DNA from: Thalia democratica
Taxonomy: Eukaryota
Assembly: GCA_965202585.1 (NCBI GenBank)
Contig: OZ241829.1
Coordinates: 8,618,001 to 8,682,000, forward strand
DNA length: 64,000 nt
Reading direction: 5' to 3'
How positions within the stretch are numbered: the first letter of the stretch is position 1; every line of letters starts with the position of its first letter. The notes under the pieces were generated by a model, which saw nothing but the letters and a program-made list of their open reading frames with translations, ran no database searches and had not been told where the DNA came from. Position numbers and translations under genes: made by a program. Below, piece by piece: positions 34,401-48,500 of the stretch.

Positions 34401-37400
34401 AAAGGCGATGATGTGTCCACAGGCGCCTCTAAACACAGTCATCCCCTTCGGAAGGTGCTAAGGCTGGAAAAGGGAGGCGGTTTAGCGTCTTGAAAAGTGA
34501 CAGCTTTTCAAAACCCCTTTCAGCAAATGAAAGTGCAGCAGCTATAAATTCATCTTTCCTTTCAATTTTAAAGGCAAGTTTTCACGGTCAATTTACACTA
34601 AATTTCGAATACTGACTGATGGCTGTGAACAGTTTGGTCAAACAACAAAAAGTAGGCTTTAGAAAGCTGCGCAAATAGCATTTAACACTTTACATGAGTC
34701 CCTCTGTCGCGCTTAAAAAGTTATTATGACGTCACACAATAATATGTCCCATCCATCACGATTGGCGCGCTTCGAAAAGTTTTCAGGGAATTGAGAGGCC
34801 ATTCATTACAAGTCAACTACGTAATTAACAGCTTTTTTTGATGATCTTCTTCAATGACTGTCTCTTCAGCGGCTGTCAATAACTCGCAATAACTTTGCAG
34901 ATTATACTGAGGTTAAGATCTGCTTTGTCTCTTCTTGCCTTTGTGCTTGAGCTTTTTATGCTTAAAATTCTTGGAAGTGTTAGAGCGCGGTTAGTCATAA
35001 GCAATTGAGAAGTTTTGAAAAGGCTGACTTTTAAGCTCAAATGCATTTTCGAAAATTTGAAAATTAGTTTTGAGGTTGTCAGTAGTGATACATAAAGATG
35101 CCTTTGTCAACAGAGTGCAAACTTAAATTAAATTCATTTAATTTAATATGACAGGTAATTTATAGTTTTTCCAAGAAAAATTAACAATTCTTAATACTTT
35201 TATACGTACTTTTTAGAACATTTAGTTAAGTCAACAGATATTTCATCTGGCATTTATTTGCTCATAAACTGTATTTTTGAAACTTTGTATACATACTTCT
35301 TAAATAAAAAAACATATAGCATATGTACTTATTCATTAAAAATTGATTGTTTCTGTCAATTGTTTTTATATACTTTAGAAATTTTTTTTAATAGAATTTC
35401 AATCACCTTACTTACAGTAGTTTTGTTTTTCAGTGCACTTAAACAAACAAGCTGTTACGAGCAATAGACTTAATATAAACTTGTAATTATTAAGATTCGA
35501 TTTTTTTAATAAATGTTTTCAAATCCTATGCAAAATTGCATCATCGGATTGTAAGAACTCAATATCGAGAGAACTAGAAAACGAGAGAACTCGAAAACGA
35601 GAGAAGGAGACAATCACCGCGCTGCTTCCGTACGAGATTTGCGTTCGAGGATTTGAGTGACGTGTAATGGCGCCAACAGTCTACAAACACGAGCACAAAG
35701 AAAACGATTTGCAACAAGAAGCTAACACTTTAATTGATCCACGTCCCATCACTCGGGCGCATGTAAAATGTGCACGGTAGCAATGGATCTTTTGTCGACG
35801 TCTCGTTTACAGCAAGCGCCGTGAAGCCACGAAAAGCCCGTAATAAGAAGCATTAGAATTACCGCGCGCGCTTTGTAGCAATTTGTACGTTACGGTAAAA
35901 TGTTTTTAAGTTGCTATTTATTATCGGAAAAGAAGCCTTTTAGTGCTGAAGTTTTTTAGTGTTTAAAAAAATTACTAAAAAAAACATAGTAAAATGTGGC
36001 GTGATACCTGATTCTTACTCCAATGAAAGATAAAACGTTGTATAAATATAAATTGGATTAGTTAATAATCATGATGTCTTTAAGCTCGTAGTCTGCATTA
36101 CGTTATGATGTCTTGTGTAAATATAATGATTGTTTCCAGATAAAAGAAGTAAGGTTAATATCTAATTAAATCGCTATTGTTACGGTTTTTTTTTGATCGA
36201 TATAGACACGATTTTATATAAACAAACTTACGGTCTTTAATAATTTTAGATTCTAAAACTTGTAAAATGATTAAATCAGTTAACAACAAAATAAATTATT
36301 TAAGTTTAAAATATTACATATTAATAGATAGCTAAGTTCTTTTAGTTATAAATTGAAATAAATAAACTTGTAGTTTTTTAAATTTGGACTGTTTTCAAAA
36401 TACTAATTTTATAACCACTCAAATTCATAAGTACTAAATTAAGGGTTTAAGTTAACTTTTCTGATTTTGAACATTTAAGATTGATTTAAATTTAAACACA
36501 AATATTCGTTTTAGTTTCAATTTAAGTTGGTTCAGAACTTAAAAATAAACGAATTTATGATTCTTTAAACTAAACAGATGGTAAAATGTCAAGTTTAAAA
36601 ATTATTAGAAGCAGTTAACAATAAATTAAAGCCTTGTGTTTCAGCTTACCTAGTTAGTTATAAACGGACCTTTTACACGAGTATTTAAGTATTGACACGA
36701 GAACTCTTTGTAGTCGCTCCACAAAAGCCTTTAATCTAATTTTTCAACTTAATAGCGTGTGTAAAAACAACATAAACACTTTTCTAAAAAAACCCAATAA
36801 GAACAATAAAAGGCGCTTTGCAGTTGCCTGTTGAACCAACGTAGTTCCGTCGACTTTATCGCAGCCACAGTGGCGCTGCATCGAAATCCCGCTTCATCCA
36901 CTTACCGCGTAGAAGGTTGTTGAAATCCTATTAGAAGACTCCTTGACAAGCAGCGCTTCTCAAGTTAAAAGACGTCAAGAATTTTGACACCGAAATAATA
37001 TTGGCTGCGTTTCTCCTGGAAAGACTAAAAGTTTTTTTTTTTTCAAAATTTTTGGTTTGAATTTTTTTATAAAGGACAAACTTTATTTTATATATATACT
37101 AAGTTAATACTTGAAATGTTTTCTTTTAAATGATGTTTTAATTTTTGTTAGTTTTCTTTTAATTAGAAAAACAAAAGCATTTAAAAACTATTGTTTTATA
37201 TTCTAATTATTCTACTGAGTTTGTTATTTTAGCTTTTAAGATTACCAAACTTAAACAATTTAACAAAAAGTTTTTGAAGGGTTCAGTAACTCCTATAAAA
37301 ATAATGAAAAATGAAAAATATATGCCATTAATCACTTAAAAAATAATTAATCTTTTTAATCTAAAAACATATATTTTTTATTAATTGACTATTAACTTAT

Positions 37401-40400
37401 TTGGTTTATAAAGTATAAGTTTTTTTTATAAATTTCAATTTGATTTAATCTTTACTAAATTTGACGCACAAAACAATCAAAATAAAGTTAGTTATTTAAT
37501 AAAACTTTTAACTTTATTTCTTTTATAAAGCAAAAAAGCAAAAATTAAAACTTCAATAATTATTTTTATTTAGCATTTTATACAAAATAAGCAGGAAAAA
37601 AAAAGTTGTACTATTACTTAAACAAAATTACTTAAACAATAAGTTTTGTTTTAAATTGTTTAACGGCGAACTATTGCTTTAAGTAAAGCTCATATGCTTT
37701 TTTTTTGTTTTAGCTCTATTAAAAATTATTCTTTAGCTTTTTATTGTATAAAACTGTTTCACAAAAGTATTAGTAAACATTTTTTGTAAACAAAAAAATT
37801 AAAGTTGTAGATGGTAAACTTATTTAAACAAATTTTTAATAACTTATTCTATCTTTCAGAATTTCTTGAAAATAAGTTTGAAACGCATATAAATGTATCT
37901 ATAGTTTTTGTTCTTCGTAAACACTATTGATTTTTAACGTTCACATAAAGTTTATCTATAAACGCTTAAATTTAAAACAAACTTAAGTTTAAAAATTTCA
38001 AAACAACAAGCACGTATTGTGTTAGATCTGTTGGAGTTTATTAGCTTCATTTTAGCTACAAACTTTTATGACTAATAAACATGTTCTTCAAAGTATAAGT
38101 TAAAGAATTTTATTTATAACTTTACTCATACTAAAAAAGTTCGGCACTACCACTTATTGTTCAAGCCACCCAAAAAACAAAAAGTGAAAACAAGGTATTC
38201 ACTTTACGAACAATATCAAAGCTGAAATTAAGCAGCACTTTGAACATCTACAAGCAACAATTTTTCATTTCATAAAGCAGATTGTCATCTGCACCGCTCT
38301 CTTCGTATATCAGTGGGCATCGCTTTTTAATGTCACTTCAAGTAATTTTTTCACGTATAATGGCATTAGAGTAATTTGTCTCAACTTAGCCCCGAATTAC
38401 AACAATAATTCACTTTATTGTCAGCCGAGCACATTAAACACGAACCTTATGACAAATAAGTACAAATCTCGAGTGATAAGATCGCGCGTATTGGCCTGCG
38501 CTCTCTGCGGTTTTTGCAACTTCAAAAAGCGAATAAGGTACTCTTTGTGTCGATGGCTCACACAAGTGTTTTATGTGATGTTGCGATTTACAACTTCTGA
38601 AGAATTTAGCAAAACAACACTTCAAAAACAAAACACTTTTTTACAAAACTAATTACAAAACTACATGTAGGTTTGGTAATTGCCGAAAAATAGAAGGTAT
38701 CCAAAAAAAAAAAGAAGCAAATATTAAAACACTTAAGCAAAACTAAAAACAAAACAACACCTCCTTTAAGTTTTAAAACATGTGTTAAGCGGCTAATATA
38801 AATTCTTTCGCCTTGTCAAAAAATTAAAAATAAAACGTCTTGTGCAGAAATAAAAAAAACATTTGATCTTGCCGCCTCAGCTTTAAATTCTCTTTTTAGG
38901 GGGATTTATTTTTATCGCGTGCTGCCAAAGTGTCGCGGTTGCCCCTCGGTTCAACTCGTTCTAATCTGTTATCTGCAAAGGAGGGGGCCGCCTACCGCGC
39001 GCTGAGCACCTGAATTCAGATATCTGATCTCTGAGATGGTTCATTGTTGCATCGGTCTGCATCAACGCTCGCAATCTCGAGAAGATGGCTTTTTGATCTT
39101 TCTAAACTTGCAGCGGGTTTTTGTATTAAACTGTTATGGGGTAAACCTTTGTCTGTTTTCCCTTTGTCGCCCGAACATTAATCAAGCGAGATTAGGCGAT
39201 GTTATTTTCACACGCGCGAGAAAGTCTTTGAAGATTGAGGTGTTTGGGTGTAAATACGAAGTTCAGCTTGCTTTTGTTTTGCGTTTCACACAAAAATTCT
39301 ATTTAATGTCTAAAATTAGACCTCAGGTTTAATGAAGTTTTATAAAAAAACTATTTTAAAACTGTAAATATCTTAGAACTTTACACGTTTCATACTTGTC
39401 GTCTATATTTTAAAAAAAGTTTATTAAAAGTCCTACAAAGTTTTTTTTTTCTTAAAGCATTTTAGAAAAAAAAAGTACTTCTTACTTCTTAAATAAAGTC
39501 CACATATTTGTAATATGACAACAAAATTAATATTCAATTAATATTTTAACCAAACAGTAAATAACAAGATAGTTTATAGTTAATATAAAAGTTGCCACAT
39601 AAATAATTAGGCTGGTTACTTATTTAAACTTTCATTAAAAAACCTCTCAGTCTAAACTAGCATTTTATAAAAAATATTTAAGTCTTGATTTGTTTTCAAA
39701 AATGTTTTTTTTTTTAAGATTTGTGTTATTTACAAATTACAACGACTGCATAGTTATAACTTTATTTTTTAGTTTTATACACTAAACTGTTTAGTGTGCA
39801 TTTAATAACTTTTTCAGTATTTACTAAGCACTGCTTTTAAAATTTTGATAGCCATATGTTTGTAATAATGTTGCTATAGTTTTTTAAAAAAGTTTTTATA
39901 TTTTAAAAGCCTTAGTAAATCAAATACTCTTTTGCTTTGGTTTTCAAGAAATTGTTGTGTAAAAAAAATACAACATAAATACTTTAAATGTGGAAAAAAG
40001 CTATTGTTTTAAATTTGTTAAAATAAGTTTGTTTTTAGTTAATATTTTTAGAACACAAATGATGAAACATGCAATAAACACTTACCATAAAAGCACTTAA
40101 AAAAACACTTAAACACTTACAAATACCAATATGTACTTTTAAACACAAGGTTTTTGACCATATTTAAAAGTGTAGATTTGTTCTTAGAGTTTAAAAAACT
40201 ATAAAAGAATTAAAAAATCATATACCTATTATCTCTTTTTTAATTGGATTTTACGAAATTCTGCATAAGTTAACTGTAAAAATAAATATACTTTAAATTT
40301 AAAAAGTAAAAATAAATCACACGTATCAGATATAAAAAAACATTCAAATTGAACAAAACTTTATGGATCTTAACTAGAAATGAAGCTTTATTTGAGACCT

Positions 40401-40945
40401 ATTAAGCAATATTATTACTTTAATTTCAATAATATATACAATACTGTAAGAATATAAAAATAATATGTTCATTGTTCATGTGCTTTTGCTCTTTAATGTA
40501 AATTTCATTAAGCTGTATTTATTAACAGAATTCATTTGGCCAGCGTAAGCAATGGTGATCTAAAAGTTACTTAAAGTATAAAGAGGTTGGACGTCTTTCA
40601 TTTAAACCCAACTAATTAGTACTTTCGAGAAGATATCTTAATGCACAACATACTACCATACAACAACATCATACAATCGAAGCACTTACGTAAAAACAAA
40701 AAAAAATGAGGAAAGCCAACAACATCTAGAAGTCTTGAACGTCCGCTGACCAAAATTGACGGCGACTCTTTCAGTCCGTCAAAATTAATAAATAAATCGT
40801 CCGTAATTGCAGCACAAATAACAGAATTAGCAGAGTGAGTAACGAATAATTTCCTGCTTAAAAGCTGAAACTGGCCGACACTGAAATGTAATTACGTCTG
40901 ATGCCATCAATTCGAATCAATCATCCGCGTTTCGAGCTGTCACTT

Positions 40946-41047
40946 CGAGTGTCATTTCAACGGCCGGGCTGTCAACACGAGTGCCATTTCAACTCGGAGT
41001 CTCGCGTCGAGTGTCATTTCAACTGAGCGTAGTGGTTGAATTGACAC
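40946..41047. promoter_or_regulatory. Homotypic motif array CGAGTGYCATTTCAAC x3 plus one inverted partial copy (candidate enhancer)
   Basis: 16-mers at 40946, 40978 (1 mismatch) and 41008 with unique 16- and 14-nt spacers; GTTGAATTGACAC at 41035-41047 is an inverted variant. The repeat is observed; regulatory function is inferred. Confidence 0.5.
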
Positions 41048-44000
41048 ATTAAAATTTTGAGTGACGCTCTCGAAAAACACTTGAAATTGGTGTATGCAGC
41101 AAAATGCCACTTTGTAAATTAAATTTTGGAACATTTTTTTTCACGGCACTCGAGTTTTTCGATGACTTGTACGGCGCGCGAGATGTGACGAAATTAATTA
41201 AATTGTTGCCGAATTTTTGTTGGAATTTTTTGTGTCACACGTTTGAAGATTCGCTAAAAATAATTTCAAGTGCTATTTTCGGAAACGGCTTCCTAAAATG
41301 TCATCGAAATCTGACTTTTATTTTTTGAAACTTTTCGTTCACATCCTTAAAAGGTTGTTTCACAGTTTGATATTTTTATTTTTATCTGTGGACTGTGTTT
41401 AATTTTTTTTAATTAAAAAGTTTTACCATGTCTGTTAGTTAACAACACTTCAAATAATTTTGTACTTTGTGTTATTAATACTATTTTACCTTAATCGAAA
41501 AGTTTTGTTTTATTGATAAAAGTATTTATGAAACCTACTCTTTTTATTTGTTCACACCCAAGAAAATAAATTAGTTTAAAAGCAAACTCAGTCAAAAAGT
41601 TTTATAATGTTTTTATAATTGAAAAATAGTTTTTTACTTTTAGTCTTTCCTAAAAGTATTCAAAAAAAGATTCTACATTTCAAAGCTTATATATGGCTGT
41701 TGAATTATATCTTTTTACTTTACCAGTTCAACAGGTTTTAATATAAAAACTTTTATATTTTTAAAATAGAAATAATTAAATTGAAAGCCAATAGTTAAAA
41801 CGTTATACTTAATTTTTAAATTTAAAACATTTCAAAGCAAGTCAAGACTTGTGTAAATTAAGTGTTTATATTTTTAAAAATCACAACTATTGACGTTTAG
41901 TTTTGTTTTATAAACAAATAATTAGTACCTTAAAAACATGTTTTTTAAAAACTGCATACATAACGATTTAAGACTCTATTACTGTCACATTTTTACAACT
42001 AAAGCTGAAATCAAGGACACTTGATTGCTGTTTGCTGAAAACTCGATGCAGAAAAAGCCTTTTGGTGCTTGTTTTGGCAACCAAATCAAAGACAACGCAA
42101 AAAAAAGCTCGAGCCTTGCTCTAAATTTAGCCCTGAAATCGAGAACACGAAATTTTCACAGAAAAAAACAAACACCATCAGAACGAAGAAGAAGGGAAGC
42201 CAAAACAGCGAAAGAGGAAGCGATCCCAACAAACATCCCCCATGTAAGAAATTACCACGGCAACACACATAGCAACTATATTTGGCACGGTTACCAGGGG
42301 GAGGCGTGGCGCGTTGTTATGGCGACAAACAATCGCGGGGCGAGATTTTTGACGGACGTCGCCGCATCCACGACGGCGGCAGGAAATAAGAGGTTTTGAT
42401 TCGACCAGAGGCGTGACACGTGTTTTGAGGTTTTCAGACGTAAAACCGAGAAATGTAAATAATTTGTGATTTGTTAAAAGTTTTAGTTAAACGACTTTTG
42501 AGCTTGATTTATCTTTTGAAAGAGCGACACTAGTAGAAGTAAATTAAAAGTTAGTTAAATTTAAACTAATTTTTAAACTCTTGAAACTGAACTGTTAAAA
42601 TGTGTGTGAAAGTTATGAACGTAGACTTATAAAGATTTTGTAAGTTCTTGTTTATAAAAACATTAATTAAAATAGCTGTAAAGCTTGTTGTGTTTTTTGA
42701 AAAAGCAACATTAAAAGGAGGCAGTATATAATTAAAAAATCTACATGACGTAGTTTTGTAAGTAAATTTAGTCCAAAAATGTAAGTTTTTATAAAATTGT
42801 TTATAAAAAAAAATGTAAAAAACTTTAAACTTTTGGATTGTTTACAAGTGCTGCACTTAATTGATTAAGTATGTATTTTATTTACTAACACTAGCCTTAA
42901 AAGTCTTCTGTATCAAAAGTAGTTTAAGATTATGATTTACGAGCAGTTTAGACAATTAAAAGTCGTTGAAAAATAGTTTTACTTTTACAAAAATTTTATA
43001 CAAAATAAGATAAAGCCGGTTGAAGTCATTAAGTATATTGGGAAGAAAATCATATTAATACCTTATATAAATATACATCTCTATAATGCCTAGTATATAA
43101 CTATTAAATATATTAAGTATTTCTAAAATATCATTCAAAGTACGTACTTAAAGTTTGTCTTATTAGTTTATAACAAAATAAGAAATTATAATTAAATAGC
43201 AAAAGTTATTTGCCAGTAACAGAATACTATCCGGTTTTTATTTTGCAAAACTTAATTTATAAATAAATTTAAAATTTTATTATTTTATTAAATAAAGCTC
43301 ATGCTAGCTTGGTCCTATCACAGTTGGCTTAAAAATAAAATAGTTTATATGATAAAGTTAATTTCAATAGCTTGTAAAAATACTTGAATTCAAGCTAAAA
43401 TTCTAATTCCTTTTCATGTGTAAAACTTGTTGTACAAGATAATAAGAGGCTAAGAGAAAACTTTTCTACCACTAAATCTTAATGATTAAGTAATAAAACC
43501 TTACGTTATAGAAATAAAACTAAAACTGTCAATTAAAATATTTTTAATCATAACAAACACAAAAATTTTTATAAAAACAAACAATTAAAGCTTAGTGGCA
43601 ACTTAACTTTCGATGACATCAAAAAACATGTAAATAACTAAAATATTTAATTGTTTACCAAACAGGCTTTGATAATTTGTGTTCCCCCAAAGCCGTCATT
43701 TAAAACGTTTTTGACCATAATCCGACGAAAGCAGTTGTGTGAAAACATCGCAAGAAGTCTTAATTGCTAACGATTATTTGGCAAAAATTTTGTTAATTAA
43801 AAATATTTAAGATTTCAAGGCCAATCAAAGTTCCGCTAGTCTTTGAAATCATTTTAGGTTTATGTTGAAACTTTTAGCTAAATTGTTGTTCATATCACTT
43901 TTTCCTATTTCTAAAGATGTGAAGTAATGAGTCTATGAATAATACAAATAAAAGTTGTAACGTTTGTAATATTCTTTAAAAGAGCTACACTAACGTTAAT

Positions 44001-44909
44001 TTGTAAGATAATTAATTTGTATGACGAAATATTTTTTTTTAATTATTCGAATAAAGTTTAAACGTATCACAAAAATAATTAAAAGCCTTTTTGTATGTAT
44101 TTTTAACATTTTTGTTTTATTTTTGAACGCGAATAAAATAAAATGCAGAAGTTTGTAGCAAGTAGAACAAAAAGTATGTGAAAGCAAGATTTTTTTTGAT
44201 GACGGAAAATAAAATAAACTTTTTTAAGCTCAGTTGAGTAACTTAAAAAAAAATGTTTAAGAAATATACTTTTTGAATATATGCTAGAAAATAAGTTGAA
44301 TTTTAGAAATAGAATGCAAACAAAAAAAAACAAAGTCCAGGTATACTTTGAAAAACTATGTAAAAAAACATTTATAATATGTCGGTTTGAAAAACTGGTA
44401 CTTTTTACAAATACAAGAATAAAATCGCTTACAGCTCGTTAACAAGCGTTTAAAAATACAAATACTCTCAGAAATGTCAACTTCGTCATTTGTTAAAACG
44501 TTACACAAAGCTCTGTATGTGTGTGTGTGGAAAATTTTCAAAGCTCTCTGCGCGTGCGTCGTTCAAAGCCATCGACATTTTGTTAAAAAGCTTATGCATG
44601 TTTTCAATTCGGTGAAAGCTATTAACACGTTTGAAATCAGCTATTAACACTTTTAAAGTTAGGAAGTAAATTGAGAAAGTATGCATAACTGTGTTTAGTT
44701 TGGAAAATAACTTTTAAGCTGAACAAAAAAATTTTTAGAAAATCATAAAAAAATATATAAAAATTATGTTGGTCTGTAAATGTTTTTTCAACACAAATAT
44801 TTTTCAAAAAACAAAAAAAAAAGTTTAACTCTTACACACTATGGATGGCTGATAAATCCTCTTTAAAAGTTAATTTTAAGCTTTTTATTAATTTAAAAAA
44901 TCAATAAAA

Positions 44910-45586
44910 TTAAAATCCAGACGCAATATTTTGGTGGTTGAACTGCCTAAGCAATGTGGGAACTTTCGACTCCTGGAATTCCCCCTGCTTGCTACCCGGC
45001 AACGAATCCGGGGTGGCGGGCTCCACCTTCTGGGGTCGGTACGGCGGGGTGGCGGTGCTGTCTGTGGGCGAGTTCGAAGGCTCGGTGTTGGTGTTTCCCC
45101 CCGAGTAGACCGAGTTGGGCGAGAGAGCGCTCTTATTGGCTAGATTTTTCAGGTAGGCGGCACTGTCGAGCATTCCGTTGGGGAAGAACTCGCTGTATTG
45201 GGGAAACCCCATCATGGGTAAAGGGCTGGGGAGGGGCGCCGCCATCATCCGCTGGTACTGGGCCAGGAGGGCCTGGGCGGCCGGGTTTCCAAGCAACGGG
45301 TTGGCGGCGAACATGTTGGTCTGGGCCGCCTGGAACTGGGTGAACGGTGACTGGCTGTTGCCTAGCAACAACTTGCTCGCCATCGCCTGCAAGTAGGGGT
45401 TCTGCCACACGTTGGCGTTGTGCTGCCCCGGAAACGGCAGGTTTGCTGAGGGGGGAGGTAACTGAGGGGCGATGGGCGAACCTTTGTGCTGGGAGATTCT
45501 CCTCTGCGCGCCAATGTCGGTTTTCTGCATCTTCATGGCTGGTTCTTCATGGACTTCTTGCTTTATTCTTGCAGCAGTGGGGTTCA
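44910..45586 (-). CDS. TBX2/3: Tbx2/3-like exon 7 (P/Q/A-rich C-terminal region)
   Basis: ORF-track 44910..45587; acceptor tttaacag at 45588-45587; ends in TAA. Confidence 0.88.
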
Positions 45587-48500
45587 CTGTTAAATGATAA
45601 TAAGTTTAAAAGTGTATAATAAAATGTAGCTATACAATACTAAGTATACAAAATAAGATTGCAGTATAAAAGTTTTAGAACAATATCTTTCTACAATAAA
45701 TACCTATTTGCTGCTGCTGCGATTCGTCTGCCGAGCTACCTTCAATTGACGTCAAACGACCAGAACTTTGAACTGTGACGTCAGCACGCTTTCTGTCGTC
45801 ATAACTAGCCATTGTTTCGTAATGTTGCCTGAAATAATTGTTGTTTAAGATAAAATAGAACTACGTTTAAGTATTACACCTGAAATTGTTGTTTTTCATA
45901 GAGTATTTTAATATACATCTCTTACTATATAATATTAGGTATAAAAATCACTTTTGTCAAAACATCTTTAGTCAAGTTGAAAATTCATAACAGCCTGGTT
46001 TATATGCAAATCTTGTTCTAAAAATACCTCAAAATTGTTACAATTTGAAATAAATTCATACTAAACATATGTGCTAAATACTAACCTTTTTTCTCTTCTG
46101 CTCGTAGGGGTTTGCCTAAAACCTTTAGCGAACGGATTCTTTTGAATCTTCAAGTTAGTCACCTGTTTGTAAAAAATAAATTGTTACTAGATGTTATTTT
46201 ACAAAAAGTTAAAAAACAGACTAATAAAAATACAATAAAAAAAAAGTTCAAACAATTTATTTTGGTCTATAAGTTGTTTGAAAATAGTTTGTACAGCAAG
46301 CAAAAAGAAATTAAATTAATGAAAATAAGTATAAGTAAAGTGTTTAATCAGTTATATATTGTGAAAATTGTGCATTTTTATATAATTTTGAAAAAAAAAA
46401 TCTATTACTATTGTCACAAAAAATCCTGTTTCCTGAACAACAGTAACCAGTGACAACGCAGAGATGTGTGACGAAGCTTCCAACGGTATTATGACATCAC
46501 ACTAAGTCACACGCGCCTTTCTCCCCCTAATCCGTCACAAGACATTTTCACGGTAGCAAGTTAATCCCGTGCAAAAAGTAACTCTTAGAAATGTGACAGG
46601 TTTCAGCCTATTAGTTGAAAAAAAGTGCCAAAAGTAAATTTTTAAAAGGTGATTTCAGTAAGACGCTAATCCGTATGATGCAAAAAAATGTATTGACAGA
46701 ATTTTGTTAAGGTGTGCTGATTTGTTTTAGTTAATTTTCGCCGAATACTCATCTTCATATTTATTTCTCGGGAATTTCATGGCGTGTTTGTTTGTTGTTT
46801 TGTTTGAAAAGCGTGACAATTTTTGCACAAATATACGGATTATAAACGTATATACAAATATTTTTACCAATAAATTCCACCACCACACTAAGGGTATCAA
46901 CTTCCGGGTAAAAATCCATTTAGCTTGATTTAAAACCTACTTGTGTGTTTTTTAACAAAAATTTGGTTTTTTAAACAAATTGTAATAGAAATTTCGATAG
47001 TGTTTAAATTTATTTGGTATTAAAACATTACGAATTTGTAGTTGATAACATATGTAACTTAGAGATTTGAAACTAAAGCAAACTGCTCATTGCTTTATTT
47101 TCAAATTAGCAAACAATTTAATAAAATTATTAAAGTCAAATAAAAAACAAAACAAACCTTTTCATTCTGGTAAGCTGTCACTGCAATGAACTGCATTTCC
47201 TTGAACACGAAAGTTTTCGGAGCCTGGTGGTTCGCTATAGTGTCGCTGCATCTGACAATGTGGAACCTCGGCTGGTACTTGTGCATTGAGTTCAGTATGG
47301 ACTGTAAAAATATAATTTGTTTTATTATGGGGATTAGTTTTGTTTGTGTTTTACGTATATTTTGTACTAAAGAACAGCATTGTAGTGCAAATATATAACT
47401 ACAACTAGTTTTGTTAGGCATTTTTGTTTCACAAAAATTATTAAGCTTTTAAAAAAAAGCAAGGTATTGCTTGCATTGTAGTTTTTAATGATTTTGGTAG
47501 AATTTAAAACATGTTAGAGAAAATTTGTCGAAAAGAAACAAACAGTAAAATATATAACTAAATGGATTAAAATCACCTTAACATTTAAAAATCTGTGATA
47601 CAAAACAAATGAAACCATAAGTTTTCAACTATTTTTTTGGCACACAACATTTCCATCACTGCATTCAACAAAAGGCAGAAGCAGCAGCAAAATGAAAAGA
47701 GGAAGCAAAGTAATGCGAGGACAAAGGAGCTCGTTAAGGGCACAACGAGGGAGACGCGAGTCTGGCTTTCCATAAGCACATTACGTCTTTCACACATAAG
47801 TCCGCCCGCATGTCAGCCCGGCATCACTCGCTGATTATTACCAGCACAGGGGGGCTTAGCAGTGGCGACCGGAAAACTTTTGCCTCGTTATCTCCGTCTC
47901 TCGCTTGTCACCACTTTTGTGCCGACTTTCCTCCTTGTTAGTTGTCACACACACACGCAAACCCCCCTTAACGAGCCTAATCGCGTCCGAAAATCCGCAA
48001 AGAGTCGTGTCGTTACGCACTTCCATGTCGCATAAGCTTCATGAAGGGTTCGAATTTTGTCAGCAGTTACTACCACACACACCAATTAGTTATTTTTAGC
48101 CGGTTAAGCCCTTGTTTTTTTTCTTCTGCTTTTTTTAGCTCTTGTGTTGCATTTTAGCCAGCTTTGTTTGATTTTAAAGTTTTAGAATTGTTTGGGCAAC
48201 TTGTATTCGCTTTGTAGGCAAGTTGTATCAACACTGATTACGCTTTAGATCGCGCACAATTATCATATTAAGAGCTTTTTGTACACACACATTTGGTTGT
48301 AGCGTCTCAGGCAATCAGAAAATAAACAAAAACCCTCGAAAATAGTTTTAAGCCGGCCGAATTAGGGCTTTTTTCGTGCTATTACCGTCTTAATTTGTGT
48401 CAGCAAAGCAGATACTAAACCGTTGCAATTTGCTAAGCCCCTTTATGCGAAACCCTCGCTCACATGAAAAACAAATTAATAGAAAAAAAAACACAAACAT

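Noticed and set aside
35566-35610. ACGAGAGAA-type triple repeat
   Set aside because: Short slippage-type repeat with no further structure.
40946-41023. CRISPR-like reading of the repeat-spacer array
   Set aside because: Repeats (16 nt) and spacers (14-16 nt) are too short, there are only three units and no cas genes, and the context is eukaryotic.
44931-45619. Several overlapping ORFs over T-box exon 7
   Set aside because: Antisense or off-frame shadows of GC-rich coding sequence.
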